64,000 bases of DNA from an uncultured Actinomycetota bacterium. GTDB taxonomy: Bacteria; Actinomycetota; Actinomycetes; JAHEKZ01. Each line of letters starts with the position of its first letter. Position 1 is the first letter of the stretch. The stretch covers positions 800,001 to 864,000 of the forward strand of contig CAVQYR010000002.1 in NCBI GenBank assembly GCA_963718235.1, given 5' to 3'. The translations under genes were made by a program, and so were the position numbers. The notes beneath the pieces are model-generated. The model was given only the letters and a program-made list of their open reading frames with translations, had not been told where the DNA came from and did no database searches. Below, one piece after another: positions 21,293 to 31,915 of this stretch.

Positions 21293-21939
21293 TTCCGGAC
21301 GTAGGACGGGATCGGGTAGGGGGCGGCCAGGTCGGGGGCCGGGACGGGGCGTCCGAGCACCTCGGTCATGGGGACTACCCCGGCCCAGATCGGCAGGCTC
21401 AGGTCGTCCGGCTCGTCGGTCGGCGGACCGTCGGCGATCTTCACGGAGGTCTCGTCGAGGGGCAGGGCGAGGACCAAGGTCGCGGCGAGCTCCTTCTTGC
21501 TGGGGTGTCGGGCCTCCTGCCAGCGACCGGGCAGCAGGTGCTCGGTGATGAGGTGCAGCGCCTCTGACTTGGCCGGACCGGTCACCTTCGTCGCCACGCC
21601 CAGAACCATGGCACTGCGGTAGTGCATCGACGACTCGAAGGTCGAGCGGGCAAGGACCAGCCCGTCCAGGAGGGTCACCGTCAGGCAGGTCGGCTGGCCG
21701 CCGGCGAGGCCGCGGAACAGTCGGCTGCCCGTGGAGCCGTGGAACAGGACCTGCTCACCGTCTCGTGCGTAGGCGACGGGGACGACGTACGGCTGCCCGG
21801 CGTCGTCGCGCACGGCCAGGTGGGCCACCAGCCCGGCGTCGAGAACGGCGTGCAGGGCCGCGCGGTCGCGGACCGTCTTCTCGGGGAGCCGGCGGATCTT
21901 GGTGCGCTTCGTCGACCCCGGAGGCGGTGGCGTGGTCAT
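21280..21939 (-). CDS. Pyridoxamine 5'-phosphate oxidase-like FMN-binding protein
   Basis: HGSTGSR, TLLDGLVLARSTFESSMHYRSA, WAGVVP. Confidence 0.88.
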   Translation of the reverse strand: MTTPPPPGSTKRTKIRRLPEKTVRDRAALHAVLDAGLVAHLAVRDDAGQPYVVPVAYARDGEQVLFHGSTGSRLFRGLAGGQPTCLTVTLLDGLVLARSTFESSMHYRSAMVLGVATKVTGPAKSEALHLITEHLLPGRWQEARHPSKKELAATLVLALPLDETSVKIADGPPTDEPDDLSLPIWAGVVPMTEVLGRPVPAPDLAAPYPIPSYVRKWTR

Positions 21940-21965
21940 GGTGTCTCCCGTCATGGCGTCCGTTG

Positions 21966-22011
21966 CACGGCGTGGGGCTCGCGACGTCGTCGCCGCGAGC
22001 CCCACGCCGTG
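21966..22011 (-). terminator. 18-bp perfect hairpin downstream of the aminotransferase (terminator or mRNA-stabilising stem)
   Basis: CACGGCGTGGGGCTCGCG / CGCGAGCCCCACGCCGTG, 10-nt loop. Confidence 0.7.
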
Positions 22012-22028
22012 AGAACCGTTCTGACCGC

Positions 22029-23426
22029 TTAGAGGATGCCCCAGGCCTCGGTGAGGACCGAGCGAAGGATCTGCTCGATCTCGTCGAACTCCTTCTGACC
22101 GACGATCAGCGGCGGCGCGAGCTGGATGACGGGGTCGCCGCGGTCGTCGGCCCGGCAGTACAGGCCGTTGTCGTACAGCGCCTTGGACAAGAAGCCACGC
22201 AGGAGCCGCTCGGCCTCGTCGTCGTCGAACGTCTCCTTGGTCGCCTTGTCCTTGACCAGCTCGATCCCGTAGAAGTAGCCGGCGCCTCGGACGTCGCCGA
22301 CGATCGGTAGGTCGTTGAGCTTCTCCAAGGTCGACCGGAACGCACCCTCGTTGGCCTGGACGTGCTCGTTGAGCCCTTCGCGGGCGAAGATGTCGAGGTT
22401 GGCGAGGGCGACGGCGGCAGCAACCGGGTGACCGCCCCAGGTGTACCCGTGGGCGAAGTAGTTCGTACCGGTGGCGAACGGCTCGAACAGGCGGTCGCTC
22501 ACGATCATCGCGCCCAGTGGTGCGTAGCCGGAGGTGAGCCCCTTCGCCGAGGTGATGATGTCCGGCGTCACGCCGTAGCGCTTGGTGGCGAAGTAGTCGC
22601 CGATCCGGCCGTAGGCACAGATGGTCTCGTCCGACACGTAGAGCACGTCGTACTGGTCGCAGATCTCGCGCACCCGCTGGAGGTACCCCGGCGGCGGCGG
22701 GAAGCAGCCTCCTGAGTTCTGCACCGGCTCGAGGAACACCGCGGCCACGGTGTCCGGACCCTCGAACAAGATGGCCTCCTCGATCCGGTCGGCGGCCCAG
22801 CGGCCGAACGCCGTGAGGTCGTCACCGTGCTCGGGCGCGCGGTAGAAGTTGGTGTTCGGCACCTTGACCGCGCTGGGGACCAGCGGCTCGAAGTACATCT
22901 TGGCGTCGGGGATCCCCGTGATCGACAGGGCGCCGTGCGGCGTGCCGTGGTAGGCGATCGAGCGACTGATCACCTTGTGCTTCATGGGCTTGCCGGTGAG
23001 CTTGAAGTACTGCTTGGCCAGCTTCCAGGCGCTCTCGACCGCCTCGCCCCCACCGGAGGTGAAGAAGACCCGGTTGAGGTCGCCGGGCGCGAGCTCGGCC
23101 AAGCGGTCGGCGAGCTCGATCGCGGCCGGGTGGGCGTAGGACCAGATCGGGAAGAAGGCGAGCTCGCTGGCCTGCTTGGCCATCACCTCGGCCAGCTCGG
23201 TGCGTCCGTGCCCTGCCTGGACCACGAACAGCCCGGCGAGGCCGTCGAGGTACTTCTTGCCCTGGTCGTCCCAGATGTAGGCGCCGTCGCCCCGGGTGAT
23301 CACGGGGACGTGACCTCCTTGGGTGTACGTCGACATCCGGGTGAAGTGCATCCAGAGGTGGTCGCGGGCCTTGTCGGCCAGCTCGTCGTCGCCGCTCTCG
23401 GCCACGAACTGCGGTGAAACGGTCAT
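22029..23426 (-). CDS. Class III PLP aminotransferase (putrescine/omega-amino acid:pyruvate type)
   Basis: GGEAVE, AYHG, EPVQNSGG, SDETICAYGR, SAKGLTSGYAPLG, GYTWGGHP. Confidence 0.93.
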   Translation of the reverse strand: MTVSPQFVAESGDDELADKARDHLWMHFTRMSTYTQGGHVPVITRGDGAYIWDDQGKKYLDGLAGLFVVQAGHGRTELAEVMAKQASELAFFPIWSYAHPAAIELADRLAELAPGDLNRVFFTSGGGEAVESAWKLAKQYFKLTGKPMKHKVISRSIAYHGTPHGALSITGIPDAKMYFEPLVPSAVKVPNTNFYRAPEHGDDLTAFGRWAADRIEEAILFEGPDTVAAVFLEPVQNSGGCFPPPPGYLQRVREICDQYDVLYVSDETICAYGRIGDYFATKRYGVTPDIITSAKGLTSGYAPLGAMIVSDRLFEPFATGTNYFAHGYTWGGHPVAAAVALANLDIFAREGLNEHVQANEGAFRSTLEKLNDLPIVGDVRGAGYFYGIELVKDKATKETFDDDEAERLLRGFLSKALYDNGLYCRADDRGDPVIQLAPPLIVGQKEFDEIEQILRSVLTEAWGIL

Positions 23427-23914
23427 CGGGTTCCCCAGGTGTAGATCTGTTTACGGAGCTTCAGGTAGACGAAGCTTTCGGTGTGGCGGACGCCGGGGAT
23501 GCCCCGGATCCGACGGTTGATCACGTCGAGCAGGTGGTCGTCGTCCTCGCAGACGACTTCGACGAGGATGTCGTACGCGCCGGCGGTGATCACGACGTAG
23601 TCGACCTCCGGCATGGCCTCGAGCTTCTCGGCGACGACTTCCATGTCGCCCTCGACCCGGACCCCGATCATCGCCATCCGGGTGAAGCCCACGGACAGCG
23701 GGTCAGTGACCGCGACGATCTGCATCGCTCCGGAGTCCAGCAGACGCTGGACCCGTTGGCGCACCGCGGCCTCGGAGAGACCGACGGCCTTGCCGATGGC
23801 GGCATAGGGACGTCGGCCGTCCTCCTGGAGCTGCTCGATGATCGCCTTCGACACGTCGTCGAGGACGCTCCCGTTGCTCCGGTCGCGGCTGGCCACGGGA
23901 AGCATCCTGGCCAA
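23423..23914 (-). CDS. Lrp/AsnC family transcriptional regulator
   Basis: LQEDGRRPYAAIGKAVGLSEAAVRQRVQRL; RAM domain; start uncertain. Confidence 0.93.
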   Translation of the reverse strand: MARMLPVASRDRSNGSVLDDVSKAIIEQLQEDGRRPYAAIGKAVGLSEAAVRQRVQRLLDSGAMQIVAVTDPLSVGFTRMAMIGVRVEGDMEVVAEKLEAMPEVDYVVITAGAYDILVEVVCEDDDHLLDVINRRIRGIPGVRHTESFVYLKLRKQIYTWGTR

Positions 23915-24068
23915 CGGAAGTGGCCTTTGGCAAGTGAATCCGCAGCAGAACCGACGTTCCTCGACTGATTCAGTCTGTCGATCCGCAGAATCCTGCCGGA
24001 ATCTGTCGCAACCGAGCCCGGAGGTCTAGGCTGGGGGGGACGGTCCCCGTGCGACGTGGCGACCGCCC

Positions 24069-24104
24069 AGAACCAGCCCAAGAACCAGCCCAAAGACCAG
24101 CCCC
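24069..24104 (+). repeat. 3 x 12-nt tandem direct repeat AGAACCAGCCCA in dehydrogenase leader
   Basis: AGAACCAGCCCA AGAACCAGCCCA AAGACCAGCCCC just before AAGGAG RBS. Confidence 0.8.
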
Positions 24105-24119
24105 GTGCAAGGAGACCCC

Positions 24120-25562
24120 GTGAGCGACCGCGTGTACCGCAACTTCATCAACGGCGAGTCCGTCGACTCCGCCGACGGCCAGATGATGGATCTGGTCAAC
24201 CCCACCACCGGCGAGGTCTACGCCCAGGCCGCCAACTCCGGCGCTGAGGACGTCGACCGTGCCTTCGGCGCCGCCGCAGCCGCCTTCGAGACCTGGAAGG
24301 ACAGCACGCCGTCCGAGCGGTCGCTGGCGCTGCTGAAGATCGCCGACGCGATCGAGGCCCACGCCGACGAGCTGGTCGCCCTCGAGAGCGAGAACACCGG
24401 GAAGCCGCTGGCCCTGACCCTGAGCGACGAGATCCCTCCCATGGTCGACCAGATCCGGTTCTTCGCCGGGGCCGCGCGCAACCTGGAGGGTCGGGCTGCC
24501 GCGGAGTACATGGCCGGGCACACCTCGATGATCCGGCGCGAGCCGGTCGGAGTGGTCGGTCAGGTCGCACCGTGGAACTACCCGATGATGATGGCCACCT
24601 GGAAGTACGCGCCGGCGGTCGCGGCCGGTTGCACGACGGTGCTCAAGCCTTCGGACACCACTCCCGTCTCGACCGTCCGGATGGCCGAGATCGCAGCCGA
24701 GTTCCTCCCGCCGGGCGTCCTCAACGTGGTGACCGGCGACCGTGACACCGGTCGGGCACTGGTCGACCACCCGACCCCGCGCCTGATCTCCATCACCGGG
24801 TCCACCCGGGCCGGCATGCAGATCGCCGAGGCCGCGAGCAAGGACCTCAAGCGGCTGCACCTGGAGCTCGGAGGCAAGGCGCCGGTCATCATCTTCGACG
24901 ACGCCGACATCGCCGCCGCAGCCGAGGCCATCGCGGTGGCCGGCTACTTCAACGCCGGCCAGGACTGCACGGCAGCGACTCGAGTCATCGCCGCTCCCGG
25001 CGTCTACGACGACTTCGTCGCCGCGCTCACCGAGCAGGCGGCCGGCGTGGTCACGACCTACGACAACGGACCGTCCGACGAGGACGCCCTGCTGCCCCCG
25101 GTGAACAACATCAACCAGTACGAGAGGGTGCTCGGCTTCTTCGACCGGCTGCCGGACCACGCACGGATCACCACCGGTGGCGAGAAGATCGGTGACCACG
25201 GCTTCTTCATCAAGCCCAGCGTGATCGCTGACGTGCGTCAGGACGACGAGGTCATCCAGAGCGAGATCTTCGGCCCGGTGATCACCGTGCAGAAGTTCGG
25301 TGACGAGGCCGAAGCCCTGCGCTACGCGAACGGCGTCGACTACGGCCTGGCGTCGAGTGTGTGGACCCGTGACTTCGGTCGAGCGATGCGCATGGCCAAG
25401 GGGCTCGACTTCGGCTGCGTGTGGATCAACACCCACATCCCGCTGGTCGCCGAGATGCCGCACGGTGGCTTCAAGCACTCCGGGTACGGCAAGGACCTCT
25501 CGATGTACGGGTTCGACGACTACACGCGCGTCAAGCACGTGATGGCGAACATCGACTCCTGA
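24120..25562 (+). CDS. Gamma-aminobutyraldehyde dehydrogenase (PatD/Prr-like)
   Basis: [34 protein letters not shown]. Confidence 0.9.
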   Translation: MSDRVYRNFINGESVDSADGQMMDLVNPTTGEVYAQAANSGAEDVDRAFGAAAAAFETWKDSTPSERSLALLKIADAIEAHADELVALESENTGKPLALTLSDEIPPMVDQIRFFAGAARNLEGRAAAEYMAGHTSMIRREPVGVVGQVAPWNYPMMMATWKYAPAVAAGCTTVLKPSDTTPVSTVRMAEIAAEFLPPGVLNVVTGDRDTGRALVDHPTPRLISITGSTRAGMQIAEAASKDLKRLHLELGGKAPVIIFDDADIAAAAEAIAVAGYFNAGQDCTAATRVIAAPGVYDDFVAALTEQAAGVVTTYDNGPSDEDALLPPVNNINQYERVLGFFDRLPDHARITTGGEKIGDHGFFIKPSVIADVRQDDEVIQSEIFGPVITVQKFGDEAEALRYANGVDYGLASSVWTRDFGRAMRMAKGLDFGCVWINTHIPLVAEMPHGGFKHSGYGKDLSMYGFDDYTRVKHVMANIDS

Positions 25563-25574
25563 CCGAAGTCCAAC

Positions 25575-25615
25575 CAGTGAGGGGGAGTGTGCGCACCGCA
25601 CGCTCCCCCTCACTG
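25575..25615 (+). terminator. Strong hairpin terminator
   Basis: CAGTGAGGGGGAGTGTGCG-cac-CGCACGCTCCCCCTCACTG. Confidence 0.75.
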
Positions 25616-25929
25616 TGTTGCGCTGCGGAACGGATCCAGGGCCAGCAGAGTCGTGCGGTGGGTCCGACGCTCGAGTGTCCCGGTCCCGTTCGAGCAGCCG
25701 GTGCAGGGCGAGCGCAGCCGCGCTGCGTTCGACGAGCAGGACGTCCGGCGGCCTGCCAAGACGCCCGCGGAGGGTGTCCTTTCCGGGGTGTCGCGGGGTC
25801 CCGACAGCCTCTGAATCCGTTGCAGGGCCTTGACGACGCCACGGAATCCCTTGTCACCTCGTGCGCTCTCTGTCAGGATCGGCGGCCGGGACGTGACGTT
25901 CAGGGGCGCCGCACGTCGCGGCTGAGGAG

Positions 25930-27420
25930 GTGCACGTGAGCGGCAGTCAGTACATCGCCGGGCGACGAGTGTCAGGCACGTCAGGCACCAGCCACGACCT
26001 GATCGACCCGTCGAACGGGGAGGTCATCACCGAGCTCGACCTGGCCGGTCCTGACGACGTCGACGCCGCAGTGGCCGCGGCCAAGGCAGCGTTCCCCGAG
26101 TGGGCGGGAGCGACCCCGGCGGCGCGCTCAGACGCGCTCCATCGCTTCTCCGCCGTGCTGGCCGAGCGCGCCGCCGAGCTCGCGGAGGTCGAGAGCCGCC
26201 AAGCGGGCAAGCCGATCAAGCTCACGACCGAGTTCGACGTGCCGGGCACGATCGACAACACCTCGTTCTTCGCGGGTGCCGCACGCAACCTCGAGGGAAA
26301 GGCCAGTGGCGAGTACAGCGGTGACCACACGTCGTCGATCCGTCGCGAGCCGATCGGGGTGGTCGGCTCGATCGCGCCGTGGAACTACCCCCTCCAGATG
26401 GCTGGATGGAAGGTGCTGCCGGCGATCGCCGCGGGCAACACCATCGTCCTGAAGCCGGCCGAGCTCACCCCGCTCACGTCCCTCATGTTCGCCGAGGCCG
26501 CGACGGCAGCCGGGATCCCAGACGGCGTGGTGAACGTCCTGACCGGCCGGGGCTCCGTCGCCGGGCAGCACCTGATGGCCCACCCCGATGTGTCGATGGT
26601 GTCGTTCACCGGCTCCACGCCGGTCGGGCAGCAGGTGATGCAGACCGCCGCTGGGACGGTGAAACGGGTGCACCTCGAGCTCGGTGGCAAGGCACCCTTC
26701 GTGGTCTTCGACGACGCCGACCTCGATGCTGCGGTGAACGGTGCCGTTGCCGGCTCGCTGATCAACAGCGGCCAGGACTGCACGGCGGCCACGCGGGCCT
26801 ACGTCCAGCGACCGTTGTACGACGCGTTCGTGCAGGGAGTCGGCGACGTCATGCGTACCGTCCGGCTCGGGCCGACGGCAGACCCGAGCACCGACCAGGG
26901 GCCGCTGATCTCGCGCAGGCAGCAGGCCAACGTCGCAGGCTTCGTCGACCGCGCGCGAGGCTATGGCGCCAAGGTCGTCTGCGGCGGGTCCATCCCCGGC
27001 GGCGAGCTGTCGGTCGGCTCGTACTACGAGCCGACGCTCGTGGTCGACGTCGCGCAGGACAGCGAGATCGTCCAGCAGGAGATCTTCGGTCCCGTGCTGG
27101 TCGTGCTCCCGTTCGACAGCGACGACGACGGGTTCCGGATGGCCAACGACACGCCGTTCGGCCTGGCCGCGTCGGTGTGGACCACCGACGTGTTCCGCGC
27201 ACTGCGGGGTGCCGCCGAGATCCGGTCTGGCTGCGTCTGGGTGAACGACCACATCCCGATCATCAGCGAGATGCCACACGGGGGTTACAAGCAGTCCGGC
27301 TTCGGCAAGGACATGAGCCAGTACTCCCTCGACGAGTACACCAACGTCAAGCACGTCATGTACGACCGGACTGCAGCCGTGCGCAAGGACTGGCACCGCA
27401 CTGTCTTCGGTGACCGTTGA
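25930..27420 (+). CDS. Second gamma-aminobutyraldehyde dehydrogenase paralog
   Basis: [35 protein letters not shown] tail. Confidence 0.9.
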   Translation: MHVSGSQYIAGRRVSGTSGTSHDLIDPSNGEVITELDLAGPDDVDAAVAAAKAAFPEWAGATPAARSDALHRFSAVLAERAAELAEVESRQAGKPIKLTTEFDVPGTIDNTSFFAGAARNLEGKASGEYSGDHTSSIRREPIGVVGSIAPWNYPLQMAGWKVLPAIAAGNTIVLKPAELTPLTSLMFAEAATAAGIPDGVVNVLTGRGSVAGQHLMAHPDVSMVSFTGSTPVGQQVMQTAAGTVKRVHLELGGKAPFVVFDDADLDAAVNGAVAGSLINSGQDCTAATRAYVQRPLYDAFVQGVGDVMRTVRLGPTADPSTDQGPLISRRQQANVAGFVDRARGYGAKVVCGGSIPGGELSVGSYYEPTLVVDVAQDSEIVQQEIFGPVLVVLPFDSDDDGFRMANDTPFGLAASVWTTDVFRALRGAAEIRSGCVWVNDHIPIISEMPHGGYKQSGFGKDMSQYSLDEYTNVKHVMYDRTAAVRKDWHRTVFGDR

Positions 27421-27471
27421 CACGACTCGCACGTCCGGGCTGCAGCATCCTCGTCGCGTAGGATCCACGAC

Positions 27472-28695
27472 ATGGCGGATCCTGGCGGCTCGACGTCCGT
27501 CTTCGGCGGAGGCTCACCAGACACCGGTCTGAGTGCGTTGTCCCGACGGGGATTCCTGCGCGGGGTCGGTGCTGGGGGTGTGGCGACGGCCGCCGCTGGC
27601 GTCCTCGCCGCCTGTGGCGGCGCCGCCGAGGAGCCCGATGCCAGTGGTACCGCCACACCGACACCGACCGACGCCCTTGTCATCTCCAACTGGCGTGCCT
27701 ACATCGACCGGGGAACCGTCGACGGCCAGCGGGTGAGTCCCACGCTGGAGACGTTCGAGGACGAGACCGATGTGATCGTCTCGTACAACCAGGACGTCAA
27801 CGACAACCAGGACTTCTTCGACAAGATCCGCAACGCCTTGGCGGCCGGCCAGCCGACCGGGCGTGACCTGTTCATGCTCACCGACTGGATGGCGGCCAAG
27901 CTCATCCGCCTCGACTACCTGCAGCCCATCGACAAGGCCAACGTCCCCAACGCCACCAACCTGATCGCCCCGCTCACCGACGTGGTCTTCGACCCGAACC
28001 GCGACTACTCCCTGCCGTGGCAGTCAGGCCTCACCGGCATTGCGGTCAACCAGAACGTGTTCGCGGGCGACGTCACCACCATGACCGACCTGCTGACCGA
28101 CCCCCGCCTGAAGGGTCGGGTCACGGTGCTGACCGAGATGCGGGACACGATGGGGCTGCTGCTGCTGGAACAGGGTTCCAACCCCGCCGACTTCACCGTC
28201 GACGAGTGGGAGCAGGCGCTCGGGGTCCTGCAGGAAGCTGTCGACAGTGACCAGATCCGTGGGTTCACCGGCAACGACTATCTCCAAGACCTGCAGCGCG
28301 GTGACATCGCCGCGTGCCTGGCGTGGTCGGGCGACGTCATCCAGGCGCAGTTCGAGGATCCCAAGATCCTCTTCAACCTGCCTGAGGCCGGAGCGATGCT
28401 CTGGTCGGACAACATGCTGATCCCCAACGGTGTGCAGAACAAGCTCAACGCCGAGGCGTGGATGAACTACTACTACGACCCCGAGGTGGCCGCGCAGCTG
28501 GCGGCCGGGGTCAGGTACATCTGTCCCGTGCAGGGGGCCCAGGACGCGATGAAGAGGATTGACAAGAGCCTGGTGGACAACCCTCTGGTGTTTCCCACCG
28601 AGGAGGACTACGCCAAGCTCTCGGTGTTCCGTGGGCTCACCGAGGACGAAGCCACCGTCTTCACCGAGCAGTTCCTCGCCGTGCAGGGCGGCTGA
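27472..28695 (+). CDS. PotD/PotF-like polyamine-binding lipoprotein (Tat signal)
   Basis: SRRGFL Tat motif, LAAC lipobox, NWRAYID, WQSG, WSGD, WSDNM. Confidence 0.9.
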   Translation: MADPGGSTSVFGGGSPDTGLSALSRRGFLRGVGAGGVATAAAGVLAACGGAAEEPDASGTATPTPTDALVISNWRAYIDRGTVDGQRVSPTLETFEDETDVIVSYNQDVNDNQDFFDKIRNALAAGQPTGRDLFMLTDWMAAKLIRLDYLQPIDKANVPNATNLIAPLTDVVFDPNRDYSLPWQSGLTGIAVNQNVFAGDVTTMTDLLTDPRLKGRVTVLTEMRDTMGLLLLEQGSNPADFTVDEWEQALGVLQEAVDSDQIRGFTGNDYLQDLQRGDIAACLAWSGDVIQAQFEDPKILFNLPEAGAMLWSDNMLIPNGVQNKLNAEAWMNYYYDPEVAAQLAAGVRYICPVQGAQDAMKRIDKSLVDNPLVFPTEEDYAKLSVFRGLTEDEATVFTEQFLAVQGG

Positions 28696-28781
28696 CGGTT
28701 GCCCGGTTGCAGGATTCGGCCCTCGCCCCCGAACGGCGCGAGTGTCGACGGTTGGGCATACTGACCGCCGAGGTGAGAACG

Positions 28782-30206
28782 GTGGCAGCACAGATCCCGG
28801 ACCCGACAGGCTCACGGTTCCTTTCGTCGTTGGCCGACGCATCCCCACGGTCGCTGTGGCTCGACGATCCCGGCGCTCCTGAACCAGCCCCGGCCCTGGT
28901 CGGCCGGGTGCGGTGCGACCTGCTCGTCGTGGGTGGTGGCTTCACCGGCCTGTGGGCGGCCCTGCAGGCCAAGGAGGACGACCCGTCGCTCGACGTCGTC
29001 GTCCTCGAGGGCCGCGAGGTGGGGTGGGCGGCGTCGGGTCGAAACGGTGGCTTCGTGTCCAGCAGCCTGACCCATGGGCTGATCAACGGCGTCGAGCGCT
29101 TCCCCGACGAGATGCAGACCCTCGAGCGACTGGGCCACGAGAACCTCCAGGGCATCGAGGAGTCGCTGAAGACCTACGGGATCGACGCCGACTGGGAGCG
29201 CAACGGCGAGCTGACCGTCGCGTACGAGCCGTGGCAGATGGAGCACATCAAGACCATGCCCGAGCTGGGCGAGCGCTACGGCAGCACCGTGGAGGTGTGG
29301 GACGCCGAGCGGATCCAGGCCGAGGTCGCGTCGCCGACCTACGTGGGGGCCGCGTACGAGGCCGAGGGGACCGCGCTGGTCAACCCGGCCAAGCTCGCGT
29401 GGGGGCTGCGGAAGGCGTGCCTCGACCTGGGGGTGCGACTGTTCGAGCGCACACCGGTGACCGGACTGGCCGAGGAGTCCGGTCGCATGGTTGCCACGAC
29501 GGCTTACGGCCAGGTGCAGGCGAGCAAGGTCGCCTTGGGCACCAACGTGTTCCCGAGCCTGGTGAGACGGGCCCGCCCGTACGTCGTGCCGGTGTGGGAC
29601 TACGTGCTGGCGACCGAGCCGCTGACCGCTGACCAGCGCGCGTCGATCGGCTGGCAGCAGCGGCAGGGGATCGGTGACTCGGCCAACCAGTTCCACTACT
29701 ACCGGCTGACGGCCGACGACCGGATCCTGTGGGGCGGCTACGACGCGATCTACTACTTCGGCAACGGCATGGACTCCAGGCACGAGCACCGCCCTGAGAC
29801 CTACGCCAAGCTCGCCGCGCACTTCTTCACCACCTTCCCGCAGCTGGAGGGGGTGCGGTTCAGCCACGCCTGGGGTGGTGCGATCGACACCTGCACGCGG
29901 TTCTGTGCCTTCTGGGGACAGGCCTACGGCGGGAAGGTGGCCTATGTCGGCGGGTACACCGGCCTGGGCGTGGGGGCCACCCGGTTCGGTGCCCGGGTGC
30001 TGCTGGACCTGCTGTCGGGGCGGCCTACCCCGCGCACGGAGCTGGACTTCGTGCGAAACAAGCCGCTGCCCTTCCCCCCCGAGCCGGTGAAGTTCGCCGG
30101 GATCCAGCTGACTCGCTGGTCGATCGACCAGGCCGACCGGAACCAGGGGCGACGTAACTCCTGGCTGCGCACGCTCGACCGGCTGGGCCTGGGCTTCGAC
30201 TCCTGA
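28782..30206 (+). CDS. FAD-dependent oxidoreductase (PuuB-like gamma-glutamylputrescine/amine oxidase family)
   Basis: VGGGFTGLW, ASGRNGGF, QFHYYR, FPPEP, LGLGFDS end. Confidence 0.9.
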   Translation: MAAQIPDPTGSRFLSSLADASPRSLWLDDPGAPEPAPALVGRVRCDLLVVGGGFTGLWAALQAKEDDPSLDVVVLEGREVGWAASGRNGGFVSSSLTHGLINGVERFPDEMQTLERLGHENLQGIEESLKTYGIDADWERNGELTVAYEPWQMEHIKTMPELGERYGSTVEVWDAERIQAEVASPTYVGAAYEAEGTALVNPAKLAWGLRKACLDLGVRLFERTPVTGLAEESGRMVATTAYGQVQASKVALGTNVFPSLVRRARPYVVPVWDYVLATEPLTADQRASIGWQQRQGIGDSANQFHYYRLTADDRILWGGYDAIYYFGNGMDSRHEHRPETYAKLAAHFFTTFPQLEGVRFSHAWGGAIDTCTRFCAFWGQAYGGKVAYVGGYTGLGVGATRFGARVLLDLLSGRPTPRTELDFVRNKPLPFPPEPVKFAGIQLTRWSIDQADRNQGRRNSWLRTLDRLGLGFDS

Positions 30207-30342
30207 CCCAGCAAGTCGGTTTGCAGGGTGTATCCCAGACTGCTGGATCAGCGACAGCGTGCGACTTGATCGATCGGCTGCCGCGCGAGCAGACTGGGTG
30301 CACCGCGCAGACTCACCTCACCGGCACCAGGAAGGCACCGTC

Positions 30343-31848
30343 ATGAGCAGCCCAGCGAGCAAGCACGTCACCCACTGGATCGACGGCAAGCCGTTCGGTG
30401 GGGTGGCCGACCGCAGCGGGGACATCTTCGACCCGGCCACCGGCCAGGTCACCGGTCGGGTCGACTTCGCCGACGTCGCCCTCGTCGACGAGGCCGTCGC
30501 AGCCGCCCATGCAGCGGCCCAGGAGTGGGGACAGGCGTCGCTGGCCAAGCGCACCCAGGTGCTCTTCAGGTTCCGCGAGCTGCTCGACGCCCGCAAGGAG
30601 GAGATCGCCGCGATCATCACCGCCGAGCACGGCAAGGTGCTGTCGGACGCGCTCGGTGAGGTGAGCCGCGGCCAGGAGATCGTCGAGTTCGCCTGCGGGA
30701 TCCCCCATCTGGTCAAGGGCGGGTTCTCCGAGAACGTGTCGACCCGGGTCGACTCGTACTCGATCCGTCAGTCCCTCGGTGTGGTTGGCATCATCAGCCC
30801 GTTCAACTTCCCGGCGATGGTCCCGATGTGGTTCTTCCCGATCGCCATCGCCACCGGCAACACCGTGATCCTCAAGCCCAGTGAGAAGGACCCCTCCACC
30901 GCCAACTACCTGGCCGAGCTGTGGGCCGAGGCGGGACTCCCGGCGGGCGTCTTCAACGTGGTGCACGGCGACAAGGTGGCCGTCGACCGGCTGCTGGAGC
31001 ACCCGGACGTCAAGAGCATCTCGTTCGTCGGCTCGACGCCGATCGCCAAGTACGTGTACGAGACGGGTACCGCGCACGGAAAGCGCGTTCAGGCCCTCGG
31101 CGGGGCGAAGAACCACATGCTGGTGCTGCCCGACGCCGACCTCGACCTCGCCGCGGACCAGGCGATCAACGCCGGCTTCGGATCTGCGGGTGAGCGCTGC
31201 ATGGCGATCTCGGTGGTGCTCGCGGTCGACCCGATCGGCGACGAGCTGATCGCCAAGATCGTGGAGCGGATGGGCCGGCTGCGCACGGGCGACGGTCGTC
31301 GCGGCGCCGACATGGGTCCGCTCGTGACCGGGCAGCACCGGGACAAGGTGACCGGGTATGTGGCGGCCGGTGTCGACGAGGGGGCGACCCTGGTCGTCGA
31401 CGGTCGCGACGTTCAGCCCGACGGCGACGCCGACGGCTTCTGGCTCGGGCCGACGCTCTTCGACCAGGTCACCCCTGACATGTCCATCTACAAGGAGGAG
31501 ATCTTCGGCCCGGTGCTCTCGGTCGTCCGGGTGCCCTCCTACGACGCCGGGGTGCGCCTCATCAACGACCACCCCTACGGCAACGGAACGGCGATCTTCA
31601 CCAACGACGGGGGAGCGGCGCGCCGGTTCCAGAACGAGGTCGAGGTCGGCATGATCGGGGTCAACGTCCCGATCCCCGTGCCGATGGCGTACTACTCGTT
31701 CGGCGGCTGGAAGAGCTCGCTGTTCGGAGACCTGCACGCTCATGGTCTGGACGGCATCGCGTTCTTCACTCGTGGCAAGGTCGTGACCAGCCGCTGGCTG
31801 GACCCGAGCCACGGAGGCCTGAACCTCGGGTTCCCCCAGAACATCTGA
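30343..31848 (+). CDS. mmsA: CoA-acylating (methyl)malonate-semialdehyde dehydrogenase
   Basis: PFNFPAMVPMW, KPSEKDP, GGAKNH, GSAGERCMA, GVNVPIPVP. Confidence 0.93.
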   Translation: MSSPASKHVTHWIDGKPFGGVADRSGDIFDPATGQVTGRVDFADVALVDEAVAAAHAAAQEWGQASLAKRTQVLFRFRELLDARKEEIAAIITAEHGKVLSDALGEVSRGQEIVEFACGIPHLVKGGFSENVSTRVDSYSIRQSLGVVGIISPFNFPAMVPMWFFPIAIATGNTVILKPSEKDPSTANYLAELWAEAGLPAGVFNVVHGDKVAVDRLLEHPDVKSISFVGSTPIAKYVYETGTAHGKRVQALGGAKNHMLVLPDADLDLAADQAINAGFGSAGERCMAISVVLAVDPIGDELIAKIVERMGRLRTGDGRRGADMGPLVTGQHRDKVTGYVAAGVDEGATLVVDGRDVQPDGDADGFWLGPTLFDQVTPDMSIYKEEIFGPVLSVVRVPSYDAGVRLINDHPYGNGTAIFTNDGGAARRFQNEVEVGMIGVNVPIPVPMAYYSFGGWKSSLFGDLHAHGLDGIAFFTRGKVVTSRWLDPSHGGLNLGFPQNI

Positions 31849-31915
31849 CACCAGAACACCTGACACCCGGTTGGCCGATCGACGCGGGTGGCACCGTGGT
31901 CGACCATGACTCCTT

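Noticed and set aside
25616-25929. Possible small ORF or ncRNA in the 315-nt gap between the two aldehyde dehydrogenases
   Set aside because: ORFs lack RBS and plausible composition; no recognisable RNA family; explained by terminator plus promoter with GAATC boxes.
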